From Ferruginibacter sp. (GTDB taxonomy: Bacteria; Bacteroidota; Bacteroidia; Chitinophagales; Chitinophagaceae): a DNA stretch of 64,000 bases. The position numbers and the translations under genes are program-made. Each line of letters opens with the position of its first letter. The first letter of the stretch is position 1. The stretch spans positions 15,184 to 79,183 of the forward strand of contig JACMLJ010000072.1 of assembly GCA_014379625.1 (NCBI GenBank), in the 5' to 3' direction. The notes below the pieces were generated by a model. That model saw nothing but the letters and a program-made list of their open reading frames with translations, was not told the origin of the DNA and made no database searches. This document shows positions 27,599 through 37,615 of the stretch, piece after piece.

Positions 27599-28090
27599 AT
27601 GAAACTATTTTTTGTAGTAATGGCGACTTTTATTTCGTTTGCTTCGGCAGCACAAAATGAAGGAAATAAATTGTATGATCCTAAAGCTGACGGCGCAGCG
27701 GATATTGCAGTTGCCATTAAAAAGGCAGACGCTGAAAATAAATATGTATTGATCCAGGCTGGTGGCAACTGGTGTGGATGGTGCATCGAGTTTGCCAGGT
27801 TTTGTAAAGCCGATGCCAAAATTGATTCGGTTATCAATAATTCATTTATATGGTATCACCTCAACTGGAGTAAAGAAAATAAGAATGAAACCTTGTTTGC
27901 CAAATATGGCTATGCCCAACGTTTTGGCTTCCCGGTTTTTATTATTTTAAATGACAAGGGCGAGCGCATTCATACGCAAAACAGCGAATACCTGGAAGAT
28001 GGTAAAAAAAGTTATGATCAGAAAAAAGTATTGAATTTTCTTCAACAGTGGAGCCCCGGGGCATTGGCTCCTGAAACATATTCCAAATAA
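27599..28090 (+). CDS. secreted thioredoxin-fold protein (CxxC)
   Basis: 163 aa with a signal peptide (..FASAA|Q) and the motif GGNWCGWC. It lies 25 nt downstream of the C1 peptidase on the same strand. Confidence 0.75.
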   Translation: MKLFFVVMATFISFASAAQNEGNKLYDPKADGAADIAVAIKKADAENKYVLIQAGGNWCGWCIEFARFCKADAKIDSVINNSFIWYHLNWSKENKNETLFAKYGYAQRFGFPVFIILNDKGERIHTQNSEYLEDGKKSYDQKKVLNFLQQWSPGALAPETYSK

Positions 28091-28134
28091 TACCCTGGTT
28101 CTAAAAGATGCTTTAATGGCCAAATTATTTAGTT

Positions 28135-28638
28135 ATGATTTCTGATAAGGATAAATTCATCCAACTTATTCAGCATCCTGTAAAATTCAGGATGTTTTTG
28201 TTTTCCAAATTACCCAGCGCATTTTTCAGCGGGGTAAGGGTTAGGGATATTGATGCAGGAAGAACAATGGTAACGGTGCCGTATAAGTGGTTTTCACAAA
28301 ATCCTTTTAAGTCAACCTATTTCGCCTGTCTTGCAATGGCCGCCGAAATGAGTACCGGCCTGTTAGGTATGCTGCATACATATAAAAGTTTACCACCCGT
28401 ATCAATGCTGGTAGTCGCGATAGAAGGTACCTATTTTAAAAAAGCAACCTCACTTACCACCTTTACCTGCGAAGACGGGGACGCAATACATAACACCATC
28501 CTGGACGCGGTCAACAGCGGGGAAGGCAGGCCAATCAAAGCAAAATCGGTAGGAAGAAATAAGGAAGGCGAGTTGGTTGCGGAGTTTTTTATTACCTGGT
28601 CATTTAAGGTTAAAAAATTGGCCGAACCATCCAACTGA
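28135..28638 (+). CDS. DUF4442 / hotdog-fold thioesterase-like protein
   Basis: 167 aa. The pattern KFRMFLFSKLPSAFFSGVRV..VTVPYKW..NPFKSTYFACLAMAAEMSTG recalls DUF4442. Confidence 0.6.
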   Translation: MISDKDKFIQLIQHPVKFRMFLFSKLPSAFFSGVRVRDIDAGRTMVTVPYKWFSQNPFKSTYFACLAMAAEMSTGLLGMLHTYKSLPPVSMLVVAIEGTYFKKATSLTTFTCEDGDAIHNTILDAVNSGEGRPIKAKSVGRNKEGELVAEFFITWSFKVKKLAEPSN

Positions 28639-28806
28639 CAACTGTGGATAAAACTCAAAAAAGTATAAGCAGGCAGCGCAAGGAATATGGCATAAGAGTT
28701 TAACGCTGTTCCTTCCCCACCCGCACGGGTAATAATCAATTGAAATTGCGGGAAATTGATATTAGCAGCCGCTTTTAACTACCTTCAATGATTAAATAAC
28801 CGAACA

Positions 28807-30210
28807 ATGAAAATTGCTTTCCACGGCGCTGCCCGAACAGTAACCGGTTCCAAACACCTCCTCACTTTAAATAACGGTAAAAAATATTTATTAGACTGCG
28901 GCATGTTCCAGGGCATGGGAAAGGATACGGATACGATGAACCGCACCTGGGGTTTTAACCCTGCGGAAGTAGATCATCTGATATTGTCGCATGCTCATAT
29001 TGACCACAGTGGGTTGATACCCAAATTAGTGAAGGAAGGGTTTAAAGGAAAAATCTTTTGCACCCCTGCCACCAAAGAGCTGACCGGGGTATTGCTGGAA
29101 GATTCTGCGGGCATCCAGGAAAATGAAATTAAATATGAAAACAAAAGAAGGGCGCAGGACGGACTGCCCTACCTGCACCCCCTGTATGAAACCGATGATG
29201 CATTAGCAGCGCTGGATCATTTTGTGGCGGTGGAATATGACAACTGGTTTACCATTGATGAAAATATTGAACTGATGTACACCGATGCAGGCCATATCAT
29301 TGGGAGTGCGGCTGTGCATTTAAAAATCAAAGAAAATGGTGCCACCAAAAGACTGACGTTTAGTGGTGATGTGGGCAGGTACAATGATGCCATCTTAAAA
29401 TCACCGGAAGAATTTTCACAGGCGGATTATATTTTGCTGGAATCTACCTATGGCAATAGTTTACATGATGTACAAACCACCACTCCCGACCTGCTTTTAA
29501 AGTGGATTGAAAAAGCCTGTCTGCAGAAAAAAGGTAAACTTATTATGCCGGCATTTAGTGTTGGAAGAACGCAGGAAATTTTATATGCACTCAATCAACT
29601 GGAACTGGAGCGCAGGCTTCCGCCGGTTGAATATTTTGTGGATAGCCCGCTCAGTGTAAAGGCCACCCAGATCGTAAAAAATTATCCCCGGTATTTTAAT
29701 AAAACCATCCAAAAAGTTTTGGAGTCCGATAATGATCCTTTTTCATTCCAGGGAATGAAATTCATTAAAACAGTTGATGAATCAAAACTACTTAATTTCC
29801 GCAATGGCCCTTTTGTGATCATTTCTGCAAGCGGTATGGCCGACGCCGGCAGGGTAAAACACCATATCAGTAATAATATTGAAAACAGCCGCAATACCAT
29901 TTTACTCACGGGCTATTGTGAACCCCGCTCACTGGGCGGTAAATTACTGGCGGGTAGAAAAGAAGTGAATATTTATGGCGCTGTACACGAAGTGAATGCA
30001 GAGATTGGTTCCATACGGAGCATGAGTGCGCATGGCGATTATGAAGACCTCTGCCATTTTCTTGCCTGCCAGGATGTTAATAAAGTGAGCAGGTTGTTTT
30101 TGGTTCATGGAGAGTATGAGGTGCAGCAGGCATTTAAAATTCGCCTCGCCAACAAAGGATTTGATAATGTGGATATTCCGGAGATGCATTCGGAAGTAGT
30201 GTTGACATAG
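28807..30210 (+). CDS. MBL-fold metallo-hydrolase with beta-CASP / RNA-specificity domain
   Basis: 467 aa with the HAHIDHSG motif. The length and the C-terminal SAHGD region are typical of the beta-CASP RNase family. Confidence 0.8.
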   Translation: MKIAFHGAARTVTGSKHLLTLNNGKKYLLDCGMFQGMGKDTDTMNRTWGFNPAEVDHLILSHAHIDHSGLIPKLVKEGFKGKIFCTPATKELTGVLLEDSAGIQENEIKYENKRRAQDGLPYLHPLYETDDALAALDHFVAVEYDNWFTIDENIELMYTDAGHIIGSAAVHLKIKENGATKRLTFSGDVGRYNDAILKSPEEFSQADYILLESTYGNSLHDVQTTTPDLLLKWIEKACLQKKGKLIMPAFSVGRTQEILYALNQLELERRLPPVEYFVDSPLSVKATQIVKNYPRYFNKTIQKVLESDNDPFSFQGMKFIKTVDESKLLNFRNGPFVIISASGMADAGRVKHHISNNIENSRNTILLTGYCEPRSLGGKLLAGRKEVNIYGAVHEVNAEIGSIRSMSAHGDYEDLCHFLACQDVNKVSRLFLVHGEYEVQQAFKIRLANKGFDNVDIPEMHSEVVLT

Positions 30211-30339
30211 CATCTTGCATATAAATATTCCTGATAGCTGTAATGTAAAATTCTGGAAATTTTCCGCAATTCAACTTATGTAAACCATCAGCTTCAACCA
30301 CCAACCAAACCTCTCTTCCACCCTATTAAAAAAAGAACA

Positions 30340-33021
30340 ATGCTAAAAAAGATTTTAAAAACACTGCTCCTGCTTTTATTAATACTGATCGGTGTTGCCC
30401 TGGCAGCGCCATTTATTTTTAAAACTAAGATTGTTGCATTAGTTAAGAAAGAAATAAATAAAAAAATCAACGCTAAAGTTGATTTTAGCAATGTAAATAT
30501 TTCATTTTTCCGGAGCTTTCCGAAAGTAGCGGTGGGGTTAGATGACCTGCAGGTACTGGGAACGGATTCATTTGCCACTGATACCCTGTTATCTGCAAAA
30601 AGACTGGATGCAAATGTAGACATTATGAGCATCATCCGGGGCACGGATATGAATATCTATTCAGTGGTAGCCGAATCGCCCCGCGTACACGCCATTGTTA
30701 GTAAATCAGGACTTAATAACTGGGATATAATAAAAGAAAAAGATACCACTATTGCTACTGTGGAGCAAAAGCCTTTTAGCATGCAGTTACAACGATATGC
30801 GATCAGCAATGGGTATATTAGTTATGTGGATGAACAGGCCGGTATCAGCAGTGAGATAAAAAATTTGAACCACCAGGGAACGGGTGACTTTACCGCAGGT
30901 TTATTTATCCTTAAAACTACCACCCGTGCCGATGCAGTAACGATTGTTTACCGAAGGATACCTTATTTATCCAACGTAAAAACAGTTATAAACACTGATA
31001 TAAAAGTTGATAATACAAAGAATGAATATAGTTTTGATACCACTGAAATTGCAGTAAACGATTTGAAGATTAACGGCAAAGGCATCGTAAAAAACCTGGC
31101 ACACAAAGGGTATGACCTCGCTATACAGTTTGGTTCACCCAATACCGAATTTAAAAATATCCTGTCACTCATCCCCGCTATTTACCAGCATGATTTTAAT
31201 AAAATTAAAACCAGCGGTACTGCCATTTTCAGTGGTTTTATAAAAGGCATATACAATGAAACCCAGTTACCCGCCTACCAGCTTGATATACAGGTGAAAA
31301 ACGGCTTTTTTCAATATCCCGAACTGCCAGTGCCTTTGCAGCAGATCAATTTTAAGATGCAGGTAGACAATCCGAATGGCCAACCAGACAATACAGTGAT
31401 CAATATAGAAAAAGCGCATGTAGAAATGGATAGAGAACCCTTTGATTTTCGCCTGCTGGTGGTAAAGCCCAGCAGCAATATGTTTATAGACGCCGCTGCG
31501 AAGGGTAAACTGGATCTGTCAAAAATTTCGCAGTTAATAAAACTGGAAAAAGGCACCAGTATATCGGGCCTGCTCAATGCAGACGTCAATGTAAAGGGGA
31601 ATGTTGCGGATATTGAAAGGCAACAGTATGATAAATTCAGTGCAGGCGGAACCGTTAGCCTGGCCGATTTTTTATATGTAGCGAAGGATTATCCTGCCGG
31701 CATTAAGATTAATAACCTGCTCACCACTTTTTCTCCTGCAAGGGTTGATATCAGTAACCTGAGCGGCCGGTACCTTGGATCTAATTTTATTGGCAGCGGG
31801 CAGGTAAATAACCTGCTGAGTTATATACTGAACAATAGGCCATTGAATGCGGTTGTAAACCTCAGCGCTGACAATGTAAACCTCGATGACTGGATGGGGG
31901 AACCTGCTGGTACCACCACTAACGGTGCGGCTACAGCGCCATTTGTAGTACCCGGTAACCTGGATATTGTGCTGAATACCAAAGTGGATAAATTGCATTA
32001 TGATAAAGTGGATATTCAGCAACTAACGGGAAGCCTGAAAGTAAACGATGAAACGGTTATCCTCTCCGATGTAAAGGGCAATGCACTGGACGGAACCATT
32101 CTTATAAATGGTTTGTATTCTACCAAAATAAGTAAATCAAAGCCCGATATCAGCTTAGCGTATGATGTAATCAGCGTTGATGTACAGAAAACTTTTTTAG
32201 CTTTTAATACCGTGCAGCAGTTAATGCCCATCGGCAAATTCATTGCCGGAAAATTAACTTCCCATTTAACCCTGGAAGGAAAACTGGGCGAAAATATGAT
32301 GCCTGATATGAATACCATTTCAGGTATCGGGAATTTATTACTGATTGAAGGTTTTCTCAGCAAATTCGCCCCGCTGGATAAAATTGCAACCACACTCAAT
32401 GTAAAGGAATTGGAACAAATTTCGTTGAAGGATGTAAAGAATTATTTTGAATTTTCCAATGGTAAAGTATTGATCAAACCTTTTACTGTTAAGGTAAGTG
32501 GTATTGATATGGAAATTGGCGGCATGCAGGGATTCGACCAGTCAATCCGGTATATAATCAATATGAAACTACCCCGTTCTTTAATAGGCAATAAAGGTAA
32601 CCGGTTAATAAATAACCTGGTAAGCGAGCTAAATAATAAGGGCCTGCCGTTAAAGGTAGGGGAGACGGTAAACCTGAATTTAAAATTAGGTGGTTATTTA
32701 AACAACCCAACTGTACAAACAGATTTAAAACAGGGGGCCGAAAATTTAGCCGATCAGTTACAACAGCAGGCCACTGATTTTGCCAAAGCAAAAATTGACA
32801 GCACAAGGCAGGCGGTAACCAATGCTGTAAAAGATACCTTTGCATTTGTAAAAAAGCAGGCGATTGATGCGGCAAAAGAAGAATTGGAAAAGCAACTGCG
32901 GGCTGATAAAAATCGAGCAACAGATTCCTCAAAAACCAAACTTAATCCAAAGGGGTCGGCAAAGGGACTGATCGATAATTTATGGAGGAAGAAAACGAAG
33001 GATAGTGCTAAAAAACAATAG
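30340..33021 (+). CDS. AsmA-family outer-membrane biogenesis protein
   Basis: 893 aa with an N-terminal TM anchor, then a long beta-rich repetitive body and a K/Q-rich tail. The pattern is consistent with AsmA-like proteins. Confidence 0.65.
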   Translation: MLKKILKTLLLLLLILIGVALAAPFIFKTKIVALVKKEINKKINAKVDFSNVNISFFRSFPKVAVGLDDLQVLGTDSFATDTLLSAKRLDANVDIMSIIRGTDMNIYSVVAESPRVHAIVSKSGLNNWDIIKEKDTTIATVEQKPFSMQLQRYAISNGYISYVDEQAGISSEIKNLNHQGTGDFTAGLFILKTTTRADAVTIVYRRIPYLSNVKTVINTDIKVDNTKNEYSFDTTEIAVNDLKINGKGIVKNLAHKGYDLAIQFGSPNTEFKNILSLIPAIYQHDFNKIKTSGTAIFSGFIKGIYNETQLPAYQLDIQVKNGFFQYPELPVPLQQINFKMQVDNPNGQPDNTVINIEKAHVEMDREPFDFRLLVVKPSSNMFIDAAAKGKLDLSKISQLIKLEKGTSISGLLNADVNVKGNVADIERQQYDKFSAGGTVSLADFLYVAKDYPAGIKINNLLTTFSPARVDISNLSGRYLGSNFIGSGQVNNLLSYILNNRPLNAVVNLSADNVNLDDWMGEPAGTTTNGAATAPFVVPGNLDIVLNTKVDKLHYDKVDIQQLTGSLKVNDETVILSDVKGNALDGTILINGLYSTKISKSKPDISLAYDVISVDVQKTFLAFNTVQQLMPIGKFIAGKLTSHLTLEGKLGENMMPDMNTISGIGNLLLIEGFLSKFAPLDKIATTLNVKELEQISLKDVKNYFEFSNGKVLIKPFTVKVSGIDMEIGGMQGFDQSIRYIINMKLPRSLIGNKGNRLINNLVSELNNKGLPLKVGETVNLNLKLGGYLNNPTVQTDLKQGAENLADQLQQQATDFAKAKIDSTRQAVTNAVKDTFAFVKKQAIDAAKEELEKQLRADKNRATDSSKTKLNPKGSAKGLIDNLWRKKTKDSAKKQ

Positions 33022-33080
33022 GTATAATCAAATAAGAAAAGATTAAATTTACGCAAAGGGGAGAAACAATCCGAAATAAC

Positions 33081-33110
33081 AAAAGCCTTTCAATACTGAA
33101 AGGCCTTATT
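33081..33110. terminator. bidirectional hairpin between asmA-like gene and tRNA-Glu
   Basis: GCCTTTC (33085-33091) pairs with GAAAGGC (33098-33104). T-rich tracts follow on both strands. Confidence 0.6.
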
Positions 33111-33185
33111 TGGTAGCACGTACGGGATTCGAACCCGTGATTCCTCCGTGAAAGGGAGGCGTCTTAACCCCTTGACCAACGCGCC
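33111..33185 (-). tRNA. tRNA-Glu (anticodon TTC)
   Basis: Hand-folded. The acceptor stem is GGCGCGT/ACGTGCT. The anticodon stem is CCTCC/GGAGG with loop CTTTCAC. The T-arm is ACGGGTTCGAATCCCGT, and the 3' ACCA is encoded. Confidence 0.85.
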
Positions 33186-33200
33186 GTTATTTTCGGACGG

Positions 33201-33208
33201 CAAAGATA
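33201..33208 (-). promoter_or_regulatory. candidate Bacteroidota -7 box (TATCTTTG) for tRNA-Glu
   Basis: The minus strand reads TATCTTTG, matching TAnnTTTG, 16 nt upstream of the tRNA 5' end. Confidence 0.4.
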
Positions 33209-33302
33209 GTGTTGCATACTTAATTCACAAAATATTTACGGAATTTAATTTATAGGGTTGAAATGCACATTATTAATCTTCATGGATAGTTTTCATTTAT
33301 GC

Positions 33303-34637
33303 TCAGTACATCAGCCTGCTAAAAGGTATCCCAACCCCAAGGCCAATGGAGGTTTTATTACCAGTTCTTTTATCAGGCGCTGTTTTATCAGTCATATCAT
33401 AAAATAAAATATGAAATTCGAAATTGACGGCGGGCGTTTTTTTGCTATTGATTAAAACGACCGGGATACCCAGCCTGCCATTCAGGAGATTATAACTGCC
33501 AAAGTTTTGCTCTAATAAAAAACTGATACCAACATGCGAACTAGCCGGAAAATAAACTAAGCGTCCTCTTAAGGACGGAGTAACAAAGGTTTCATATTGT
33601 CCTATATATGCCTGATCGTTTTTTAAACCTGCTAAACGTAAGGTGTCAGTTCCTCCACGGCTTTTATATTCTGTAAAACTGGTTTTGTTAAGTGAATATC
33701 CAAGCTTGGAATTATTAAAAAAAACCTTACCCCCGAGGGTTAAAAACAGCCTGCCCAGTTGACTGCTTTCCCACAACCTGGTATGGCTCAACATTACCTC
33801 TAAGGGATAGGGATGCTTTTCCCGGAAAGTACCGGTAAGGGATGGTGCAATAAAATAGTTAGGAAATACCAATGGAAGGTTGGCAGTAAGACTTGTCCAA
33901 CCGGTGGTGATGACACTGAAATTACTGGTTGCTGTAAGTGTTGCAGCCTGCAGGGTTGCAAATTTCTCTGCGAATTCTTTTTTTAAATTTTCATAAAAAT
34001 GCTTGGACATGACTGCAGTAGCGGCCTGGATGTTTTGCCCCGGAACATCCGCGGTATCAATTGTATGAATGGATGTTTTAAATTCGGTTTCTTTTTTATT
34101 TATTTCAATTTCCAGCGAATGTATGATTGCTGCCCGTAAGGCATCCATTGCCTGTTGTTGGTTTTTATTGTTTTGTATGGGCGTACAACCTGTAAAACGC
34201 GTTTTTACCTTGCTTAACCATTTATAGTTCACAGTAACCCCCAACTCATTTTCAAATTTTTTGTCTAAAAATTTTGCTGCCAGGCTGTTGGCAACATTAG
34301 CGTAGATACCAATACTCAATAATTTATTTACAGGTTCATCAATGCCCGTTGTTTTTTGAAAATTGTGGTTAATCATAAGTTTCCCTTCTGTGGTATTCAG
34401 GGTTACATAATTGGTGTAAAAACTAAGATCGCCGCTTTCGGAAAGGTAGCCTGTTTTGTCTGCAAGGAAAACATTCATGGCCCTGTTTGATATAAGGGCG
34501 GTGCTGCCGGTACTGCAAGGTTTATTGATGATTTTTTTATTGATGGATTTTAATTCAGCAATGATTTTTTCAGCAGTTTGTGATTGTAAAGGCGAGGTGA
34601 TGGAATAAAAAATTACGATCAGTAATAAACAACGCAT
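33303..34637 (-). CDS. secreted hypothetical protein (possible outer-membrane beta-rich protein)
   Basis: 444 aa with a signal peptide (..SPLQS|Q). The C-terminal half has alternating hydrophobic and aromatic residues and ends ..GIPFSRLMY. I recognise no family. Confidence 0.7.
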   Translation of the reverse strand: MRCLLLIVIFYSITSPLQSQTAEKIIAELKSINKKIINKPCSTGSTALISNRAMNVFLADKTGYLSESGDLSFYTNYVTLNTTEGKLMINHNFQKTTGIDEPVNKLLSIGIYANVANSLAAKFLDKKFENELGVTVNYKWLSKVKTRFTGCTPIQNNKNQQQAMDALRAAIIHSLEIEINKKETEFKTSIHTIDTADVPGQNIQAATAVMSKHFYENLKKEFAEKFATLQAATLTATSNFSVITTGWTSLTANLPLVFPNYFIAPSLTGTFREKHPYPLEVMLSHTRLWESSQLGRLFLTLGGKVFFNNSKLGYSLNKTSFTEYKSRGGTDTLRLAGLKNDQAYIGQYETFVTPSLRGRLVYFPASSHVGISFLLEQNFGSYNLLNGRLGIPVVLINSKKTPAVNFEFHILFYDMTDKTAPDKRTGNKTSIGLGVGIPFSRLMY

Positions 34638-34668
34638 ATAATTTGGGTTGACTACTATATTTTAAAAA

Positions 34669-36183
34669 TTAAATCACCTTATCCAAACCCCATTGCTGTA
34701 AAAGTGGATTGGTAAAGACTTTCATACTGCCGGCGTCAAGCAGTTTGTTCCGCGCAGCTATCCATGCATCTGCATCCTGCCCGTACATCCTACTGAGCCT
34801 TTCAACATTCAGTTCGCTCATTTTACCCCAATGAAATGTAAAGGGTATTTGTTCTTCTTCCAACCTCAACCACACTTCTGTATAAAAATTAAGGGTTGTA
34901 TCAGAAGGGGCGCCATCCAGTTCAACAATACAGGTAAAATCAAAACGCGTGAATGCAATTGTAGCTTTGGATTTTTTCATAAACCGGAAAGCAAAAAGAC
35001 CGGGAAAGGGGCCGCTGGTTTTGTTGATTTCAAACAGTAACGCAATAACCCGGTTTACCAGGTTAAGCGGAATACCGATCGCTGCACTGTACAATTTTCC
35101 GTGGAGTGAAGTATTGCTGAAGATTTCGCCCAATGTGCCAAATTGCTGATCGTAGGGTTTTAATGCACCTGCAAGCAATTTATTTACAAGGGTTGGAACA
35201 AGTGCCGGGATAAGATTTGTAAGCTTTCCAATAAAGCACGGTGCGTCATCACCCGGACCTATGCCAGCATCATTGCGAACCGGCCGCTTATAATCTTCGC
35301 GGTAAGGCCTTTTATAAAATATTCGTACATAGGCCCCATTTTCAAGATCGTAGGGGTTTATAATTACTTCAAAATGAAAAGGGCGCTCATTGCCGCAGGG
35401 CAGATCGTTTGCAGCGCTGAAATCAAGTGTTTCCATTATCCTTTTAAGCTTGTCATCATATGGCATTCGCTTCATATAGGTTTCAAGCAAGAAAAGATCT
35501 TCGGTTTCTATCATTACACCATGAATGATACCAAAGCTTCCGAAACTTACCAATGCCGCATTGAACAGTTCATCGTCCTGTACGAGTTCTGTTTGCAGTT
35601 TTTCAATAAGCGAAGCCGACACTACAGGAGCTGATTTTCTTTCCAGCCAGATGTGTCGGTCGGGCCCCGTAATGATGTGCAGGCCTACAACATAATCCTG
35701 TACCGCGCCCACATCAAATGAAGAACCATGAGCTCCGGCCGACATAGCGCCAACAATCGTTTGCCCGTTACTGGCACCGGATGTTTTTAAAGAAAGTTTT
35801 TTTGAGCGGAGTTCTTCACTGATCTCCCATACGGCCGTGCCGCACTGGGCAAATAAAAGTTTTTTTATATCACCGGTATAGCTGGCAACAACGTTTTGTT
35901 CCGAAACAGGTAAAGATGTATTCAACTGTTTGGTATCCATCATAATCCCATCTTTTGCAGTGGCAATCTTGCTCCACGACCAGCCGGCGCCCAGCGACCG
36001 GTATGGGGTATTGGATTGTATCGCCTGCCGCAACTGGTTTTGAAAGCCCCTGGTGCAATCATTATAGCTTTCTATGGCATCAAGTTCCGGTTCGTTACCT
36101 GCTATGAATAAATCCCTGATTTTTTCATTGAAAATTTCATGCTTGTTTTCCCATTCCTTCCTGCCTGTTGAAATTATTTTCAT
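34669..36183 (-). CDS. FAD-binding (PCMH-type) oxidoreductase with ALO-like C-terminal domain
   Basis: 504 aa with no signal peptide. Motifs are RSLGAGWSWS and GASNGQTIVGAMSAGAHGS (FAD_binding_4-like) and a C-terminal FHWGK (arabinono/gulonolactone-oxidase-like). Confidence 0.7.
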   Translation of the reverse strand: MKIISTGRKEWENKHEIFNEKIRDLFIAGNEPELDAIESYNDCTRGFQNQLRQAIQSNTPYRSLGAGWSWSKIATAKDGIMMDTKQLNTSLPVSEQNVVASYTGDIKKLLFAQCGTAVWEISEELRSKKLSLKTSGASNGQTIVGAMSAGAHGSSFDVGAVQDYVVGLHIITGPDRHIWLERKSAPVVSASLIEKLQTELVQDDELFNAALVSFGSFGIIHGVMIETEDLFLLETYMKRMPYDDKLKRIMETLDFSAANDLPCGNERPFHFEVIINPYDLENGAYVRIFYKRPYREDYKRPVRNDAGIGPGDDAPCFIGKLTNLIPALVPTLVNKLLAGALKPYDQQFGTLGEIFSNTSLHGKLYSAAIGIPLNLVNRVIALLFEINKTSGPFPGLFAFRFMKKSKATIAFTRFDFTCIVELDGAPSDTTLNFYTEVWLRLEEEQIPFTFHWGKMSELNVERLSRMYGQDADAWIAARNKLLDAGSMKVFTNPLLQQWGLDKVI

Positions 36184-36197
36184 GACATAAATTTATT

Positions 36198-36545
36198 TTA
36201 TAAGGTACCGGTTTTTCTGCAGGGCTTACTGCATTTCCACTGAACTTTCACGGGGCTCCAGATGCCAAGTGTAGCTACCGTAATTAATGCATACCCAAAA
36301 TTTGTTTTCATGGTAACTTCGGCCATTCCCAATACCCCCAAAGAATCACAAACCGGCGTATGGATTTCTTTTGGCTTTTTTGCAAGGCCCCAGAAAAATG
36401 AGTGTGCAGTAATTGCTTTTGAAGCTTCCGTTCCCGGCTGGGCATGTGTGGCAACGCGGTAGGTGTAACAATTGCTAAAAACCAATGTTACAGATACCAA
36501 ACATAGCGGCACTATTTTTTTAAAGCTGGGGTATTGTTTTGGCAT
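36198..36545 (-). CDS. Bor-family lipoprotein
   Basis: 115 aa with a lipobox (LVFSN|C). It aligns by eye with lambda Bor: T.H.FF.G..., conserved Cys, and ..TLGIWSP..V..C versus TLGIYTP..V.C. Confidence 0.65.
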   Translation of the reverse strand: MPKQYPSFKKIVPLCLVSVTLVFSNCYTYRVATHAQPGTEASKAITAHSFFWGLAKKPKEIHTPVCDSLGVLGMAEVTMKTNFGYALITVATLGIWSPVKVQWKCSKPCRKTGTL

Positions 36546-36558
36546 GATAAAATGGTTT

Positions 36559-36822
36559 TTAGATTTTTAATAAAATAATTTTTTTGACTTCAGGAATAAG
36601 TCCCCTGGTATGGTTATTTAAATTCAACTTAACCGCAGGAGCATAAATATTTTTTAGGCTCTCCAAAAATTGAGATAATTTCTTAATTATCCAACTGTTT
36701 CCAATATTATTTTGTGATGGTAAATGTTTTGTATCAACAGTCGTGCTTATTACTGGTTTGCAAACAACTTCATCCTGTCTGGGTTTGTAAACGGAGCTTA
36801 TGTAAAACTTATTGATCATCAT
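36559..36822 (-). CDS. small hypothetical protein (weak)
   Basis: The ORF track gives 36559..36894. Internal ATGs at 36822 and 36819 reduce the overlap with trmD to about 11-14 nt. No recognisable motifs. Confidence 0.3.
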   Translation of the reverse strand: MMINKFYISSVYKPRQDEVVCKPVISTTVDTKHLPSQNNIGNSWIIKKLSQFLESLKNIYAPAVKLNLNNHTRGLIPEVKKIILLKI

Positions 36823-37492
36823 CCAGCAAATCCGGTCTTCTTTCTTGTGTTCTTTGTAAACTTTGATCCATTCTCCATTGCGCAATTTTTGCATGGTTAC
36901 CGCTCATTAAAATTTCCGGTACTTTCCATCCCCTGAATGTTTCCGGCCTGGTATAAACGGGAGGAGCCAGCAAATTATCCTGGAAGGAATCGGTTAAGGC
37001 CGAGGTTTCATCATTTAATACACCGGGTATCAGTCGGCCGATAGCATCCACCAATACGGCCGCTGCCAGTTCGCCACCGCTTAACACATAATCTCCGATA
37101 GAAATTTCTTTGGTAATAAAATGATCCCTGACCCGTTGATCAATGCCTTTGTAATGTCCGCAAATAAGCAATAGTTTATCCTTTAACGAAAAATGGTTGG
37201 CCATTTTTTGATTAAAATTTTCACCATCCGGGGTTAAAAAAATAACCTCGTCATATTGGGTATTTTTTTGCAGCGACTCAATCGCATTCACAAGTGGTTC
37301 TATCATCATCACCATACCGGCGCCACCGCCAAACTGGTAATCATCTACCTGGGCCCTTGCATACGTGGTATGGTCTCTCAGGTTAATTACATTTACTTCG
37401 AGCAATCCCTTATCTCTGGCCCTCTTCATGATGGAATGGGCAAAAGGGCTTTGTAACAGATCGGGAACAACAGATATGATATCAATTTTCAT
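36809..37492 (-). CDS. trmD: tRNA (guanine37-N1)-methyltransferase
   Basis: [17 protein letters not shown]..., with the ATG at 37492 preferred over the TTG at 37504. [10 protein letters not shown] and RP is a typical TrmD pattern. Confidence 0.9.
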   Translation of the reverse strand: MKIDIISVVPDLLQSPFAHSIMKRARDKGLLEVNVINLRDHTTYARAQVDDYQFGGGAGMVMMIEPLVNAIESLQKNTQYDEVIFLTPDGENFNQKMANHFSLKDKLLLICGHYKGIDQRVRDHFITKEISIGDYVLSGGELAAAVLVDAIGRLIPGVLNDETSALTDSFQDNLLAPPVYTRPETFRGWKVPEILMSGNHAKIAQWRMDQSLQRTQERRPDLLDDDQ

Positions 37493-37615
37493 CGCAGCGC
37501 CCAATTAAAGGGAAGTAGTTTAAAAGTTACCATTTAAAAAATTTGGCTGAAGTCAAGTTTGTCCCCTCAATCGAAGATTACAAACCTGATCCATTCACGA
37601 ACGCCGGAATGCCTT

